Below, piece after piece: positions 48,627-49,846 of a stretch of 49,846 nt of DNA. The translations under genes were made by a program, and so were the position numbers. Position 1 is the first letter of the stretch. Every line of letters starts with the position of its first letter. The stretch comes from a virus. The DNA lies in IMG/VR virus record IMGVR_UViG_3300045988_134547, positions 1 through 49,846 of that record; one strand, 5' to 3'. The notes beneath the pieces were generated by a model that was not told the origin of the DNA, did no database searches, and worked only from the letters and a program-made list of their open reading frames with translations.

Positions 48627-49688
48627 ATGAGTTTTTTCGGAAAAATTAAAGGCTTTTTTTCTAGATCAGAGGCTGACCCAAACAAGATTGAAACAGTCTC
48701 AGAAAATCGACACCCGAATACTTTGGATGGTCCAGATGTTTCAGACATCGGAATAGTACTTAGGGATCCCGATACGTTACTTGTCGAGGATAATATCAAG
48801 AATGCTATCCCCACGAAGCGTGGTTTGCTGCCTAATGAGCTTAAGTTACTGGACCAAGCAAATCACTTTAAAAATAAGGCAAACCACTTCCAAGCATATT
48901 GGAAATACCAATATGGATTCAACGATGTTCAGGGGGCATTGAGTAAGTTAGAAAAGGGAGGATTTATAAAGGCATCAAACTTTGAAGAAACACTCCAAAA
49001 AACGGTTACGATTCCTCAACTAAAGAAAATTCTTAAGGACCACGGAGAAAAACTTAGTGGTAAAAAGGCAGACCTTGTTCAACGGGTTTTAAACCTTCAG
49101 GACATCGCAGATATTGAAAAGCAATTCGATAACCGCCCTTATAAACTTACCTCCAAAGGAGAGTCTGAATTAGCTGAAAATGGCTATATTAAGAGTCCTT
49201 TTTTCACTGTTTGGGAACTTAATCACTGGGTTCATGAACAACCTCAGGTGGACTGGAAAGAAATAGTGGAGCAAAAATTGCTTGAAGAAGGGAGTAATTA
49301 CAAACTTTACCTTTGGTTTTTAGACAAAAAGGATTATCTGAAATCCTTCAGGTGTTTATTAAGAGAAATAAAGAACAAAATAGAAGGATTTCCTGCTTTT
49401 AATCCTTCTTACTACGGCCTTCCAGACAGAGATAAGGAAAAACTCCTCAACGACATTCAACTATTATCGGATAGTCTGCAAGAGGTTTACCTTCCGAAGT
49501 TGATGTTTTTCCAAGATCTGTTTTCTTTGGATGACAGTAAATTTAGAGAACTCGTAAAGCGAGAATTAGAGTTTGACCGCTCGTCTTCTCAAAAATTCTC
49601 GATTGAAACTCTCATGGCAATCATTTTTGAAGAAGAACTACAAAAAATTGCCCTCATTGAAGGACAAAAGGAAAACTTCACAAAATAG
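48627..49688 (+). CDS. SAP-domain protein of unknown function, co-oriented with cI
   Basis: ATG at 48627 after GAGGTG, 20 nt after the cI stop. TIPQLKKILKDHGEKLSGKKADLVQRVLNL fits the SAP motif. The gene is visibly AT-rich compared with its neighbours. Confidence 0.6.
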   Translation: MSFFGKIKGFFSRSEADPNKIETVSENRHPNTLDGPDVSDIGIVLRDPDTLLVEDNIKNAIPTKRGLLPNELKLLDQANHFKNKANHFQAYWKYQYGFNDVQGALSKLEKGGFIKASNFEETLQKTVTIPQLKKILKDHGEKLSGKKADLVQRVLNLQDIADIEKQFDNRPYKLTSKGESELAENGYIKSPFFTVWELNHWVHEQPQVDWKEIVEQKLLEEGSNYKLYLWFLDKKDYLKSFRCLLREIKNKIEGFPAFNPSYYGLPDRDKEKLLNDIQLLSDSLQEVYLPKLMFFQDLFSLDDSKFRELVKRELEFDRSSSQKFSIETLMAIIFEEELQKIALIEGQKENFTK

Positions 49689-49710
49689 TAACGAAAATCA
49701 TCTTTCTGAG

Positions 49711-49735
49711 AAGACCGCTGCGGCGGTCTTTTTTT
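49711..49735 (+). terminator. Intrinsic terminator AAGACCGC-tgcg-GCGGTCTT-TTTTT ending the cI operon
   Basis: Perfect 8-bp stem plus a T-run. The T-run is the first bases of the terminal repeat. Confidence 0.8.
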
Positions 49736-49846
49736 GTTCCAAAAAAGCAACAAACTTTCGGCTCAAAAAATCTTATCGTCTTGGTAACAAAAAACTAACC
49801 TAATTGATTGCATCTTTTATTACCTATATGGTAATATTTGCTTATC
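49728..49846. repeat. Terminal direct repeat, right copy (identical to 1-119)
   Basis: Base-for-base identical to the window start. Confidence 0.95.

Overview
This window is one complete temperate tailed-phage genome. Its unique length is 49,727 bp, and the two window ends overlap by an identical 119 bp (1-119 = 49728-49846), so it is a circular or terminally redundant assembly, not a chromosomal fragment.

Regulation is lambdoid. A CI-type repressor with an S24 peptidase domain (47914-48606) faces a Cro/YdaS-type gene across three TTAYC-N5-GGTAA operators. A second cluster of the same operators overlaps a promoter at 46-110. That promoter drives the plus-strand early module: a ~0.5-kb ORF-free leader, two Rha regulators, a YqaJ exonuclease, RecT, a MazG-like protein, many small ORFs and Xis.

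Almost everything else is on the minus strand, in this order:
- replication: an initiator with internal iterons and a DnaB/RepA-like ATPase
- a nuclease, an HNH endonuclease and a Q-like regulator
- two morons
- ParB, TerS, TerL, portal, MuF, protease/scaffold and capsid
- neck proteins
- a contractile tail: sheath, tube, G/GT chaperone with a T_TTT_TTT -1 frameshift, and tape measure
- a Mu/P2-type baseplate, two fibre genes and Tfa
- the lysis cassette: holin, GH24 endolysin and overlapping Rz/Rz1
- int and attP with arm-type repeats

Spanins and lipoboxes indicate a Gram-negative host.

The most unusual observations are:
1. Six paralogous ~120-aa genes lie between Tfa and the holin. They carry three 8-9-nt poly-G tracts, which I did not see anywhere else in the window.
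2. Two of these tracts connect an upstream cassette to a stop-free +1 frame that overlaps the whole next cassette.
3. An unlisted 56-aa ORF encodes a stand-alone NrdD-type glycyl-radical motif (RVMGY...FNIGKQ.EV).
4. Both operons are punctuated by many intrinsic terminator hairpins placed just upstream of start codons, which implies processive antitermination.
5. A SAP-domain gene is co-oriented with cI.

All functional calls come from reading motifs by eye. No database search was run.
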